Of a DNA stretch of 64,000 nucleotides, positions 1 to 10,338 are shown one piece after another. The position numbers and the translations under genes were made by a program. Positions within the stretch are counted from its first letter, which is position 1. Each line of letters starts with the position of its first letter. This DNA comes from an uncultured Alphaproteobacteria bacterium (lineage in GTDB: Bacteria > Pseudomonadota > Alphaproteobacteria > Acetobacterales > Acetobacteraceae). The stretch spans positions 29,924-93,923 of the forward strand of contig CAWGJC010000013.1 in assembly GCA_963822815.1 (NCBI GenBank). The letters run 5' to 3'. The notes under the pieces were generated by a model. That model worked only from the letters and a program-made list of their open reading frames with translations, was not told where the DNA came from and ran no database searches.

Positions 1-106
1 CGTTCTTCTCGGCATGGCGCAGGATGACGATGCGGGCCGGGTGCGCCGCGGCCGGCAGCGCGGGGAAGGCGGCCGCCAGCAGGGAGAACGCGGCGAGAAG
101 CCGCAT
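1..106 (-). CDS. 5-prime end of a secreted protein gene running off the window (signal peptide, then RHAEK motif suggesting histidine-phosphatase family)
   Basis: Reverse-strand ATG at 106..104 gives MRLLAAFSLLAAAFPALPAAAHPARIVILRHAEKN. Hydrophobic signal-like N-terminus. Truncated by the window edge, so absent from the ORF track. Confidence 0.4.
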   Translation of the reverse strand, partial: MRLLAAFSLLAAAFPALPAAAHPARIVILRHAEKN

Positions 107-145
107 GGCCGCCGAGCCTAGCCGGCAACGGCCCGGGCCGGAACG

Positions 146-248
146 CTGGACCGGTTCCACCCAGGCTGGAGCTGTCAGCTCATATTGCGCGAGCAATGTC
201 ATCGAGCTGGGATTGCTGCGCGATTCCGGTCAGGCCGATAGTGCGCTA
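146..248. repeat. Intergenic repeat family R1, copy A (about 100 nt)
   Basis: Aligns by eye with 13006..13105. Shared blocks are GACCGGTTCCA, CATAT(T)TCGCGAGCAAT, TCATCG, CTGG(G/A)AT(T/C)GCTGCGC and GTCAGGCCGATA. Contains ATTGC..GCAAT inverted repeats. Confidence 0.6.
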
Positions 249-347
249 ATGGTAGGAGAATGGGGACGGCAAGCGCCGCCTGGAGCGGCGGCCGCACCCG
301 CTCATGATGGTGGCGAATCGGACATCCCGCGGCATGAAGGATTCGTG

Positions 348-1168
348 ATGGGCGTCATCCTCTGGCTGGCCGCGGTGCCGCTCTGGGCCTCGGCCCTGCT
401 GGTGATCCTGCTGCCGACCGCGATCGCGATGCTCGGCCCGGTGCTGGTGCGCCGCTACGTCGTGCTCGATCGGCTGACGACCAACAACGAGGTGGCCGGA
501 TTCAAGTTCGCGGTGGTCGGCGTCGTCTATGCCGTGCTGCTCGGCTTCGCCGTCATCGTCGTGTGGGAGAAGTTCCGCGACGCGGAAACCGCGGTGGCGC
601 AGGAGGCCGGGGCGGCGCTCACGCTCTACCGCATCGCCGACGCCTTCGCCGGCGGTCCGGACGCCGCGGTCGCCACCGAACTCGAGCAGGCGGTCGCCGC
701 CTATCTGCGCGAGGCGACGGAGCGCGGACTGGCCGGCAATGGCGGAGGGTCATCCCAGCCGGGCGGCGACGGCGGCGGTCACGCATCTCTACGCGGTGAT
801 CTCGACGGCCCGGCTGACGGCCCCGACGAATCGGCGCTCAAATCGGAGCTCCTGTACCAGCTCGACCAGCTCACCCAGGCACGCCGCGCCCGGCTCGTGA
901 TGGCGGGCGGCGTGGTGCCCGGCGTGATCTGGTCGGTGCTGTTCGTCGGCGCCGCGGCGACGGTCGGGTTCACCTTCTTCTTCGGCACCGTCAATCTGCG
1001 CGCCCAGGTGCTGATGACCGGGCTGCTCGCGCTCACCATCCTGCTCGGCCTCGACGTCATCCTGGTGGTGAACCGTCCGTTCACCGGCCCGGTCAGCGTC
1101 GGAGCCGGAGCCGCTCGAAAGCGTGCTCCTCGGATTTCCCGTTCATCCACGCACCGAATCCCTGAGCG
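348..1168 (+). CDS. DUF4239-family membrane protein (frame-broken in this assembly)
   Basis: ATG 348 (MGVILWLAAVPLWASALLVILLP). Family-typical blocks NNEVAGFKFAVVGVVYAVLLGFAVIVVWEKF and LVVNRPFTGPVSV. The central block DWPAMAEGHPS..THLYAVIS reads only in the frame of ORF 529..900, so the frame changes near 720, 830 and 1095. The 3-prime end is a guess. Confidence 0.55.
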
Positions 1169-1369
1169 GCGCGCTCCGGCGGCGCGATCTGCTGGCGCCG
1201 CACTACCTCGGGGAATCCCGTATTTTTGACGTAGCTCATGTCCGGCCGCGGCTCGCCGGCGCATGGGTCACGCGCGCCGCCGCACCGATCCGGCCGGCGC
1301 CGCGACAGATATCCGAGCCGCAAATGGCCGCCATCTGTCGCGGGCTTCCGTCGGAGGGAGAGCGAGCAT

Positions 1370-4300
1370 ATGACGGCAGTGAGCTGGAACGGCGGCGGCG
1401 GCAACTGGAGCGCGCCGCGCCAGTGGAGCACCGGGGACGGTTCCGGGCGCGAATGACGACGTGACGATCGGTGCGGCGGGCAGCTACACCGTCCTCGTCA
1501 ACGCGCCCGCCGCGGCGCACTCGCTGCGGATCACCTCGAGCAGCGCCAAGGTCACCAATTCGAGCACGCTCACCCTCGGCGGCACGCTCGGCCTCGTGCA
1601 CCGGCGTCTTCGCGATGACCTCGGGCGCGCTGCTGCAGGGCGGCACCATCGTCGACAGCGGCGGCGTCTTCATCCCCGGCGGCGGCACGCTGCAGAACGT
1701 CGCCTATCAGGGCACGCTCGACCTCAGCGGCAACAACGCCGCACTGAACGTCATCGGCAGCATGGCGTTCGCGAGCGTGAACGGCCAGAACCCGGGAACC
1801 GTGCTGCTGACCGGCAGCGCCAGCGCGCTCACCGTGATCGGCACCGGCACGCTCAGCAACGCGACGATCGACATCGGCGACAGCGCGCCGAAGGTCACCG
1901 ACTTCAACTCGCTCACCAGCGCGGACAATGGCAGCGGCGGGGTCCTCACGCTCGCGAGCACGACCAGCCTCGTGCAGACCGGCACCTACGCCTGGCTCGG
2001 CGATTCCGGCGGCAGCGGCGACGGCGTCGTCAATCTCGGCACGATCCGTCGCCGGAGACGGCGGCAGCTACGACAGCTTCATCGTCGCCGGCGCGAGCTT
2101 CGCGAACCAGGGCGCGATCACCGTCGGCAACGCCGCCTGGATGGACGTGAGCGATGCGGCGTTCAGCAACGCCGGGGCCGGTGACCGTCAATTCCGGCGC
2201 CACGCTCGAGCTGGATGGCAGCTTCGCCAACACCGGCAGCGGTCACCGTCGCCGGCGTGCTCGACCTGTTCGGCGCGGTCAGCGGCGCGTCGCTGAACGG
2301 CATCAAGGAAGCGGGCGGCACGGTCAACGTCACCGCGACCGTCGCCAATGCCGGCACGCTCTATGTCGGCGGCAGCTCCTCGCTCGGGGTGGTGACGCTC
2401 TCCGGGACGATCGCCGGCGGCACCGTGCACGACGCCGGCAGCGGCTTCAATTTCGTCGGCGGCACGCTGTCGGGCGTTACCTATCAGGGCGTGCTCGATC
2501 TCAGCGCGACCGGCGCCAACCTGACGGTCGCCGGGCGGATTCAGCGCCACCGGCGGTGCCGGCACCGGCCCCGGCAAGATCATGCTGACCGGGCAGAACA
2601 GCACGCTCAACGTGAGTCGGCAACACGACGCTGGCCGGCATGACCATCGATGTCGGCAATGCGCTCGGCTACTCCATGCTGAACGCGGTGGATGCCGGCA
2701 AGGGCGGCGTGCTGACGCTTGGCGCCGACGCCAGCCTGGTGCAGACCGGCTACGAGGCGACGCTGCAGGACGGCGACCAGGCGGCGGACGGGATCGTCAA
2801 TCTCGGCACGATCATGCCGGCGTGCACGGAGCGGGCGGGTTCCTCTATGTCGGCGGCAACAGCTTCACCAACCAGGGCACAATCGCCGTCGCGAATGGCG
2901 GGCTGTTCTCCGTGCAGTCGGCGAATTTCACCAATGCCGGCGTGGTGACGGTCGCGTCCGGCAGCACGCTCGAGATCGCCGGCAGTCTCGCCAATACCGG
3001 CTCGATCAGCGTCGCCGGCACGCTCGGCCTCTATGGCTCGCTCTCCTCCGCCTCGCTCAATGCGATCGCGCTGACCGGCGGCACCGTCGAACTCGGCGCG
3101 ACGTTGAGCAACAGCAACGGCACGCTCAGCATCGGCAGCGGGACCGCGCTCGGCACGCTGCTCATGCAGGGCGGCACGATCTGCGGCGGCACCGTGCACG
3201 ATGCGGGCGGCGGGTTCGCGCTCGGCACCGCGACGCTGAAGGGCGTCAAGTATCAGGGCAAGCTCGATCTCAGCACGCCGGGATCCAACCTCACCGTCAT
3301 CAACGGCATCACGGTGAACAGCCTTTCCGGCGGCGCGGGCACCATCATGCTGACCGGCGCCGGCAGCCAGCTCTCGATCGCCGGCACGACGACGCTCTCC
3401 GGCGTCACCATCGATGTCGGAAGCTGGAGCAACACCTATCTGAACGCCGCCGATCTCGGCCAGGGCGGCATGCTGACGCTCGCGCCAACACCAGCGTCGT
3501 GCAGACCGGCTACTACGCCGATTTCGGCAGCGGCGGCGCCGAGCGGCGACGGGATCGTCAACAACGGCACCATCACCGCGGGCGTCGCCAATCTCGGCGG
3601 CATGGTCACGATCAACGGCAACAGCTTCGCCAACGCGGGCGTCGTCACGCTCGCGAATGGCGGCAACATGGACATCGCCTCGGCCGCGTTCACCAACACC
3701 GGCACCGTGACCGTCGCTGCCGGCAGCGCGCTCGAGATCGACGGCAATTTCAGCGGCAGCGGAGTGATCAACGTCGCCGGCACGATCGCGCTCGACGGCA
3801 CCGTCACCAATTCGACGCTCGGCTCGGTGGTGCTGACCGGCGGCGGCAGCCTCGCCATCAACGGTCTGCTCAACAATGCCGGCAGCCCTGCTCGGCGTCG
3901 GCAACGGCACCTCCTACGGCACCATCGCGCTCGGCGGCACCATCCAGGGCGGCGTGGTGTGGGACGGCGGCAGCGGCTTCGCCTTCAACAACGCGACGCT
4001 CGACGGCGTCTCCTATCGCGGCGTGCTCGACCTCAGCGGCAACGACGCGAGCGTGACGGTCGCCGACGGCATCACGCTGACCGGCACCAGCGGCAGCGGC
4101 GTGGGGACGGTGCTGCTGACCGGCATCGCCAGCACGCTCAACGTCGACGGCACGACGACGCTCGCCGGCATGACGATCGACATCGGCAACGGGCTCTGCG
4201 ACACGCTCGCCTCGCAGGACCTCGGCGCCGGCGCGCAGCTCACGCTGGCCGCCAACACGAGCCTCGTGCAGACCGGCTATGGTGCGTTCCTGACCGGCGG

Positions 4301-6021
4301 GTCTGGCGCCGGCGATGCAATCGTCAACAACGGCACGATCACCGCGGCGGCGCGCCGGCGGCGGCTATCTCGACGTGTTCGCCAACGCGTTCACGAACAA
4401 CGGCGCGATCACCGTCGGCAACGGCGAGTCGATGCTGGCGGTCGGCACCTGCGCCTTCTCCAACGCGGGCAGCATCACGGTGACAGGCGGCGGCATGATG
4501 AACATCGCCGACAGCCTGGCGCAGCTCTCTGGCGGCACGCTGACCGGCGGCAGTTTCGAGGTCGATGCCGGCTCGACGCTGATGTTGCCCGAGGACAGCA
4601 CGATCACCGCCGACAATGCGACGCTCATCCTGAGCGGCGCCGGCTCGACGATGGAGAGCTTCAGCAGCACGACCTGGCAGGACATGACGGTCGACTCCTC
4701 GCTTGCCAGCGTCGGCACCGGCGGCACGCTCGAGCTGCTGCAGGGGCGGAGCTTCGCCGTCACCGGCAATGGCGGCAGCTTCACCGACAGCGGCGTGCTG
4801 CAGCTCGGGGGCGGCAACTTTCTCCGCCGCCGCGCTCACCATCGCGCGCGGGCGCGACGCTCACCGGCAACGGCACCGTGCAGGCGCCGATCACCAATGG
4901 CGGCACCATCATCGCGAGCGGCGGCACGCTCGTGCTTGGCGGTTCGCTCACCGGCGGCTCGCTGGTGATCGGCGCCTCCTCGGTGCTCGACCTCACCGCG
5001 GGCGGCGCGCTTCCGCTTTCGATCACCGGCGGCGGCACGCTGCAGCTCGACGGCAGCACGCCGTACACGATGAGTGCGAGCAACCGGCTCGCGGTCGCGG
5101 CGGTGATGGTGGATGCCGGCGTGAAGCTCTCGGGCAGCGGCACCATCAACGGCGCCGTCATCCATGCCGGCACGCTCTGCTCGACCAGCGGCACGCTCAC
5201 CGTGAGCGGCGCCGTCTCCGGCGGCGGCACGATCACCTCGACCCTCAACACGACGCTCAACCTCGCCGGCGGCGGCAGCTTCACCGGCACGATGAACGGG
5301 CTCGGCACGCTCGGGCTTGCGAACGGCTTCGTGTTCGCGCCGGGAGCCAAGCTCGCGACCTCGATGGTGGTGCAGACCGGCACCGCAACGGTTGGCAACG
5401 GCAGCGGGACGGCCGAGACCCTCACCAACATGGCGAGCGCCACCTACGATCTCTCGTCCGCCAGCGGCCCCGCGACCCTTGCCGGCAACTCGGTGTCGAG
5501 CTTCAGCAATGCCGGCCTGTTCGAGACCACCGGCAGCGCGGCGGCGAAGGTGTCGGTCGCGTTCATCAACAGCGGGCACGGTGCAGACCGGCAGCGCGCC
5601 GCTCACCTTCGCCGGCAGCGTGACGAATTCGGGCACGATCCTCGACAACGGGAACGTGATCTTCAACGCGCAGCCGGCCGGGGCGGGGATTGTCGAGCTC
5701 GCGAACACTGCGAGCGCCACCTTCAACGCCGGCGCGGCGAGCGGCTCGATGCTGCAATTCCTCGGCGCCGCGGGAACGCTCAGCCTCGCCTCGCCGCAGC
5801 AATTCGCCGCCGCGATCAAGGGTTTCGGCGGGTCGGACGCGATCGACCTGCTGGCAACGAAGGAGACCGGCTACGGGTTCGCCAACAACGTGCTGACGGT
5901 GAGCAACGGGAGCAGCACCGTCGCCTCGCTCAACTTCACGGGCAGCTATTCCACGGCGAACTTCGCCTTCGGCGGCGATGGGAATGGCGGCACCATGATC
6001 ACGTTCCATGGCGGCACCTGA
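1370..6021 (+). CDS. Giant repetitive exoprotein / adhesin-like beta-helical repeat protein (about 1550 aa, at least 13 frame breaks as written)
   Basis: ATG 1370 preceded by GGAGGGAG. N-terminus MTAVSWNGGGGNWSAPRQWSTG. Product must be stitched from ORFs 1238-1456, 1461-, 1471-, 1928-, 2154-, 2215-, 2582-, 2640-, 3876-, 4315- and 5317-6021. Ends ..GGDGNGGTMITFHGGT*. No Sec signal, beta-barrel or Hint domain seen. Confidence 0.75.
1640..4500 (+). repeat. Four in-frame tandem coding repeats of about 770 nt (about 257 aa) inside the giant exoprotein
   Basis: Motif GGT(V/I)(H/V)D.GG.F..L.GV.YQG.LDLS recurs at about 1640, 2415, 3190 and 3955. Each unit also carries LLTG..S.L.V.GTTTL.G.TIDIG, SLVQTGY, GDGIVN.GTI and NSF.N.G.ITV blocks. 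Confidence 0.8.
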
Positions 6022-6093
6022 CGGCTGACCGCCGGCCAAACCGCTTGACCGCGGCCTGCCGCGCGCCTTGAATTGGCGCGGAGGGTCGCGGAC

Positions 6094-7333
6094 ATGCGCG
6101 TTCTGGTCATGGGCGGCGGTGTGGTCGGCGTCACCACGGCCTATCAGCTGCTGTGCGACGGGCACGAGGTCGTGCTGGTCGAACGCAACCAGGACGTGGC
6201 GCAGGACACGAGCTTCGGCAATGCCGGCATGATCGCGCCGGGCCATTCCTTCGTCTGGTCCTCGCCGAGCGCGCCCTGGATCCTGCTCAAATCGCTGGTG
6301 CTGAAGAACCAGGCGCTGCGCTTCCGGCCGTCCACCGACCCGCGGCTCTGGACCTGGTCGCTGCGCTTCCTCGCCGAATGCACCGCCGCCAAGGCGTACG
6401 CGAACACGCTGCGCAAGCACCAGATCGCGGTCTATTCGCAGCGCGTGCTGCAGGCCACGGTGGCGGCGGAGACAATCGAGTACGACCGCAACACGCGCGG
6501 CATCCTCTACATGCATCGCGATCCGGCCGCACTGCAGGCGGGCATCGCGCACATGAAGATCCTGGCCGATGACGGGCAGAAGATCGAGGTGCTGGACCGC
6601 GCGGGGGTGGTTGCGGTCGAGCCGGCGCTCGGGCCGGCGGCGGAGAGGATCGCCGGCGCGATCTACTGCCCGACCGACGAGACCGGCGACTGCAACAAGT
6701 TCACGACCGGCCTCGCCGCGATCTGCCGCGCGCGCGGTGCCGAGTTCCGCACCGGCGAGACGATCAGCGGGATCGAGGCCGAGGGCGACGCGATCACCGC
6801 CGTGACCACCGAGCGCGGGCGCGATCACCGCCGATTGTTACGTGATGGCGCTCGGCTGCGCGAGCCCGATGCTGGCGCGACGCATCGGCGACGATCTGCC
6901 GATCTATCCGATCAAGGGCTATTCGCTGACGATCCCGGTCGGCAACCATCGGGCGCCGCCTGGTCTTGCCGCGATCGACGAGAAGAACCTCGTTGCGATC
7001 ACGAGCTTCGGCGATCGCGTGCGGGTGACCGCGACGGCGGAATTCGCCGGCTACGATCGGAGCCACAAGCCCGCCGACTTCGCCTTCATGAAATCGGTGA
7101 CCGAGGAGCTTTATCCGGACGGCGCGGATTACGACCGGGCGGAGATGTGGGCGGGGCTCCGGCCGATGACGCCGGACAATCTGCCGATCATCGGCCGCAA
7201 GCGGCACCGCAACCTCTACTACAATACCGGCCACGGCCATATCGGCTGGACGATGTCGCACGGCTCGGCGCGGCTGATCGCCGACGTGATCGCGGGCCGG
7301 CCGACCGAAATCCCGGTCGCAGGACTGGCGTAG
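6094..7333 (+). CDS. dadA: D-amino-acid dehydrogenase
   Basis: MRVLVMGGGVVGVTTAYQL (FAD GxGxxG) and NAGMIAPGHS. The C-terminal half continues in ORF 6842..7333 (YPIKGYSLTIPV, NTGHGHIGWTMSHGSARLIADVIAGRP). One frame change near 6815. Confidence 0.85.
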
Positions 7334-7373
7334 AGCGGAACTGGCTTCAGCAACGATGAAGCCGTTCCGCTCT
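7332..7373 (+). terminator. Stem-loop immediately after dadA stop (candidate terminator)
   Basis: AGCGGAAC(T)GGCTTCA pairs with TGAAGCCGTTCCGCT (15 bp, one bulge, 7-nt loop). Only a weak T tract (GTTGTTT) follows. Confidence 0.45.
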
Positions 7374-7450
7374 CACGCCGTTGTTTGCGAGCGTGATGCA
7401 GACCTCCGGCGATTCCGCCTGCGGTCATCACGCTCAGGTAGGAGGCAGAT

Positions 7451-8225
7451 ATGGATGTGGTTGCCGCCGATCTCGTCGATCTCGGCACGCTTCCCTGCAC
7501 GATGGATACCGGCATCGCCCATCGCGCCGCAATCGGGCTGCTGGTGCTCGCGACCGACCAGACGATGGAGCACGAGTTCCGCCAGCTGCTGCGGATCGAT
7601 GGCGTCGCCACCTACGAGGCGCGGCTGTTCAACGAGGTCGTCATCACGCCGCAGACACTTGCGCGACTCCGAGAGCGCATCGCGCCGGCGACGGCGCTGA
7701 TCCTGCCGGGCTCGCAGCTCGACGTGGTGGCGTTCGGCTGCACCTCGGCGAGCATGGAGCTCGGCGAGGAGGAGGTGTTCCGCCAGATCCGGAGCGCGCG
7801 CCCGGGTGTCGCCTGCACGACGCCGGTCACCGCCGCCTTCGCCGCGATGGAGGCGTTCGGCGCGCGCCGCGTCGGCGTGCTCACGCCCTATTCCGCCGAG
7901 GTCAATCGCGGGGTGCGCGCCTATCTCGGGCGGCGCTGGGAGATCGCCGCCTTCGCCACCTACGACAAGGCGGATGACAGCGAGGTTGCGCGCATCGATG
8001 CCGCTTCGATCGCCGCCGGCGCGCAGGCGCTCGCGGCGGCAACGCCGGCTGGATGCGGTGTTCATCTCCTGCACGAGCCTGCGCCTCGCCGCCTTCGTCG
8101 AGGAGATCGAGGCGCGGATCGGCATTCCGGTCACCTCGTCGGACCACGCGATGGCCTGGCACGCGCTGCGCCTCGCCGGCGTGCGCGACGTCGTGCCCGG
8201 CGCGGGGCGCCTGTTCCAACTGTGA
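7451..8225 (+). CDS. Asp/Glu racemase superfamily protein (maleate isomerase / arylmalonate decarboxylase / EutA-like)
   Basis: GGAGG 7 nt before ATG 7451. Motifs IGLLVLATDQTMEHEF, VVAFGCTSASM and RVGVLTPY. After a frame change near 8045 (ORF 7806..8225) come VFISCTSLR and IGIPVTSSDHAMAWHALRLAG. Confidence 0.7.
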
Positions 8226-8606
8226 CCTTCAGCCATGTCACCGTGGGCGTGAGCGACATCGCGCGGGCGCGGCGGTTCTATGACGCGGTGCTCGGCGAGG
8301 TCGGCCTGCCGCGGGCGAAGCAGGGCGAGAAATTCAGCGGCTGGGGTGGGGTAGGCGCGCCGCATTTTTTTGTCACGCTGCCGTTTGACGGCAGGCCCGC
8401 GCAGCCCGGGCAACGGCGTGTCGGTGAGCTTCCTCGCGCCTTCGCGGGACGCGGTGGATCGGTTCTGGCGGCGCGCGATGGCGGTGGGCGGCACCGACGA
8501 GGGCAAGCCGGGTTTGCGGCCGCATTATCACCCGAACTACTACGCCGCCTATGCGCGCGACCTGGACGGCAACAAGATCGCCGCCGTCTGCCACGATCCG
8601 GCCTGA
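8222..8606 (+). CDS. VOC / glyoxalase-family protein
   Basis: GTG 8222 overlaps the upstream stop (GTGA). VTFSHVTVGVSDIARARRFYDAVLG and HYHPNYYAAYARDLDGNKIAAVCH. Frame change near 8405 (CCCGGGCAAC where CCCGGCAAC restores the frame). Confidence 0.75.
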
Positions 8607-8608
8607 GC

Positions 8609-8649
8609 GCCTGCTCGGAAATGCGCTCCTCGCGCACTTCCGAACAGGC
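8609..8649. terminator. Imperfect 18-bp hairpin between convergent genes
   Basis: GCCTGCTCGGAAATGCGC / GCGCACTTCCGAACAGGC (16 of 18 pairs, 5-nt loop). Shares the core GGAAATGCGC with the hairpin at 16094..16139. Confidence 0.4.
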
Positions 8650-8659
8650 TCTGCGCGCG

Positions 8660-9067
8660 CTACTTCCGCCGGATCCAGAAGCGCGTGAGATTGGCGCCCT
8701 CGCGGCGTTCGTAGTCGAGGCCTTCCGCCAGCGTGCGCAGCAGATGGAGGCCGAGGCCGCCGGCCTCGCGGGCATCGAGATCGACGGCGAGATCCGGCGC
8801 CGGGGCGGCGCGCGGATCGAACGGGTTGCCGGTATCGGCGATCTCCGCGGTGACGCGCGCGGGCTCGACGGTGAGCCGGACCTCGGCGGGGTGCTCGGCC
8901 GCGCCGGCATGATCGTGCAGATTGGCGAGCAGCTCCTCGATGCCGAGCAGCACGTGATGGCGCGTGCGCGAATCGACCGCCTCCGCGCGGAGGAACTTCT
9001 CCATCGCCTCGGCGAGCGCCGAGACGCCGTCGGGATCCGGCAGCAGGCTCTGGTGAAACCCGGTCAC
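8660..9067 (-). CDS. RsbW/SpoIIAB-like ATP-binding serine kinase (HATPase_c_2, anti-sigma-factor type)
   Basis: GTG 9067 overlaps the upstream stop (GTGA). HHVLLGIEELLANL, VTAEIADTGNPFDP and EAGGLGLHLLRTLAEGLDYER. About 135 aa. Confidence 0.65.
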   Translation of the reverse strand: MTGFHQSLLPDPDGVSALAEAMEKFLRAEAVDSRTRHHVLLGIEELLANLHDHAGAAEHPAEVRLTVEPARVTAEIADTGNPFDPRAAPAPDLAVDLDAREAGGLGLHLLRTLAEGLDYERREGANLTRFWIRRK

Positions 9068-10244
9068 GTCGGCGCGAGTCGCAGCAGCAGCGCCGCGACA
9101 TCGTCCGCCGCCGGCGCGCCCGCCTCGTGGCGGCGCAGGCGGGCGAGCAGTTCGGTGAGCGGCGGGGAGCCCGGCATCGGCAAGGAATTCGGCGACGCCC
9201 GCATCGCCGAACATGCGGCCGGCGGGCGGCGCCGCCTCGGTGACGCCATCGCTCACCACCAGCAGCGAATCGCCCGGCTGCAGCACCGTCTCATAGGCGG
9301 TGTAGGCGGCGCCCTGCACCATTCCGAGCGGCAGTCCGCTCTGCCGGTCGAGCCGGCGCAGGCTGCCATCGGCGCTCGCGAGGAAAGGCGGCACATGGCC
9401 CGCGCGCAGCCAGGTGAGCCGCCGCGTCTCGAGCTCGAGCGTGGCGAGGAACATGGTCGCGAACATGCATTGCGTGTTGCGATGCGCGAGCGCCTCGTTG
9501 ACCAGGCTGCCGGCGCGGGCGGGATCGCGGAACAGCGCCTCCGCGTCCGGGCGGGAGGCGAGGCCGCGGAACAGCGCCTGCGTGCGCGCCATGACCAGCG
9601 CGGCGCCGGCGCCCTTGTCGGACACGTCGCCGAGCAGGATCGCGCGCAGGTCGGCACCGACCGCGAAATGATCGACCATGTCGCCGCCGAGCTCGTAGGC
9701 CGGGCGCAGCACGGTCTCGATGCTGATGCCGTCCTCGGCGTAGTCGCGCGGCATCAGCGCGAGCTGCAGCGTATGCGCCTCGGCGAGCTCCGCCTGCTTC
9801 TGCGCGAGCTGCTCGCGCGTGTGGTCGCGCATCCGCTTCTTCTCGAGCGCCGCGAGCACGCGCGCGCGGAGCAGGATCGGGTTGATCGGGCGGAACAGGA
9901 AATCCTCGGCGCCGAGCTCGATGGCGCGGGCGACGCTGTCGATCTCGTTCAGTGCCGAGATCACGATCACCGGAATGTCGCGCCCTCGCTCGTCGCGGCG
10001 AAGCGCCTCCAGCACTTCGTACCCGTTCATCCCCGGCATCATGATGTCGAGCAGCAGAAGGTCGAAATGCGCCCGTTTCATGGCCTCGAGCGCGGCGCGG
10101 CCTTCCGGCGCCTGCTCGCATTCGGCGATGCCGAGCCGCTTCAGGCGGCGCACCAGCAGGTCGCGATTCTCGGCGGCGTCGTCCACCACGAGAACGCGCA
10201 GGCCGGCGAGCTCGTTGGGATTGAGGGGGGCTGGGTTCCGACAT
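9064..10244 (-). CDS. Response-regulator receiver fused to PP2C/SpoIIE serine phosphatase
   Basis: ATG 10244 (MSEPSPP), then a slip in the G6 run at 10225..10230. Receiver LRVLVVDDAAENRDLL..DLLLLDIMMPGMNGYEVL. PP2C blocks ELGGDMVDHF, LGDVSDKGAGAALVMA and LLVVSDGVTEA. The tail ..DDVAALLLRLAPT* is in ORF 9064..9249 (frame change near 9250). Confidence 0.75.
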
Positions 10245-10338
10245 CTTCGTGCGCTCGGCGTTATGATCGCCCTGCCCGCGAGCGAAGGCAATCGCGTGCC
10301 GGTTGCGACTCGCGGTCGCTCCCCGTAGAGCAGGCGCG

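Noticed and set aside
1093-1239. 48-aa minus-strand ORF MSYVKNTGFPEVVRRQQIAPPERAAQGFGAWMNGKSEEHAFERLRLRR
   Set aside because: It has plausible codon bias, but it overlaps the expected C-terminal extension of the DUF4239 gene (..PFTGPVSVSPEPLESVL..), has no convincing ribosome-binding site and no motif. It is kept only as a remote possibility.
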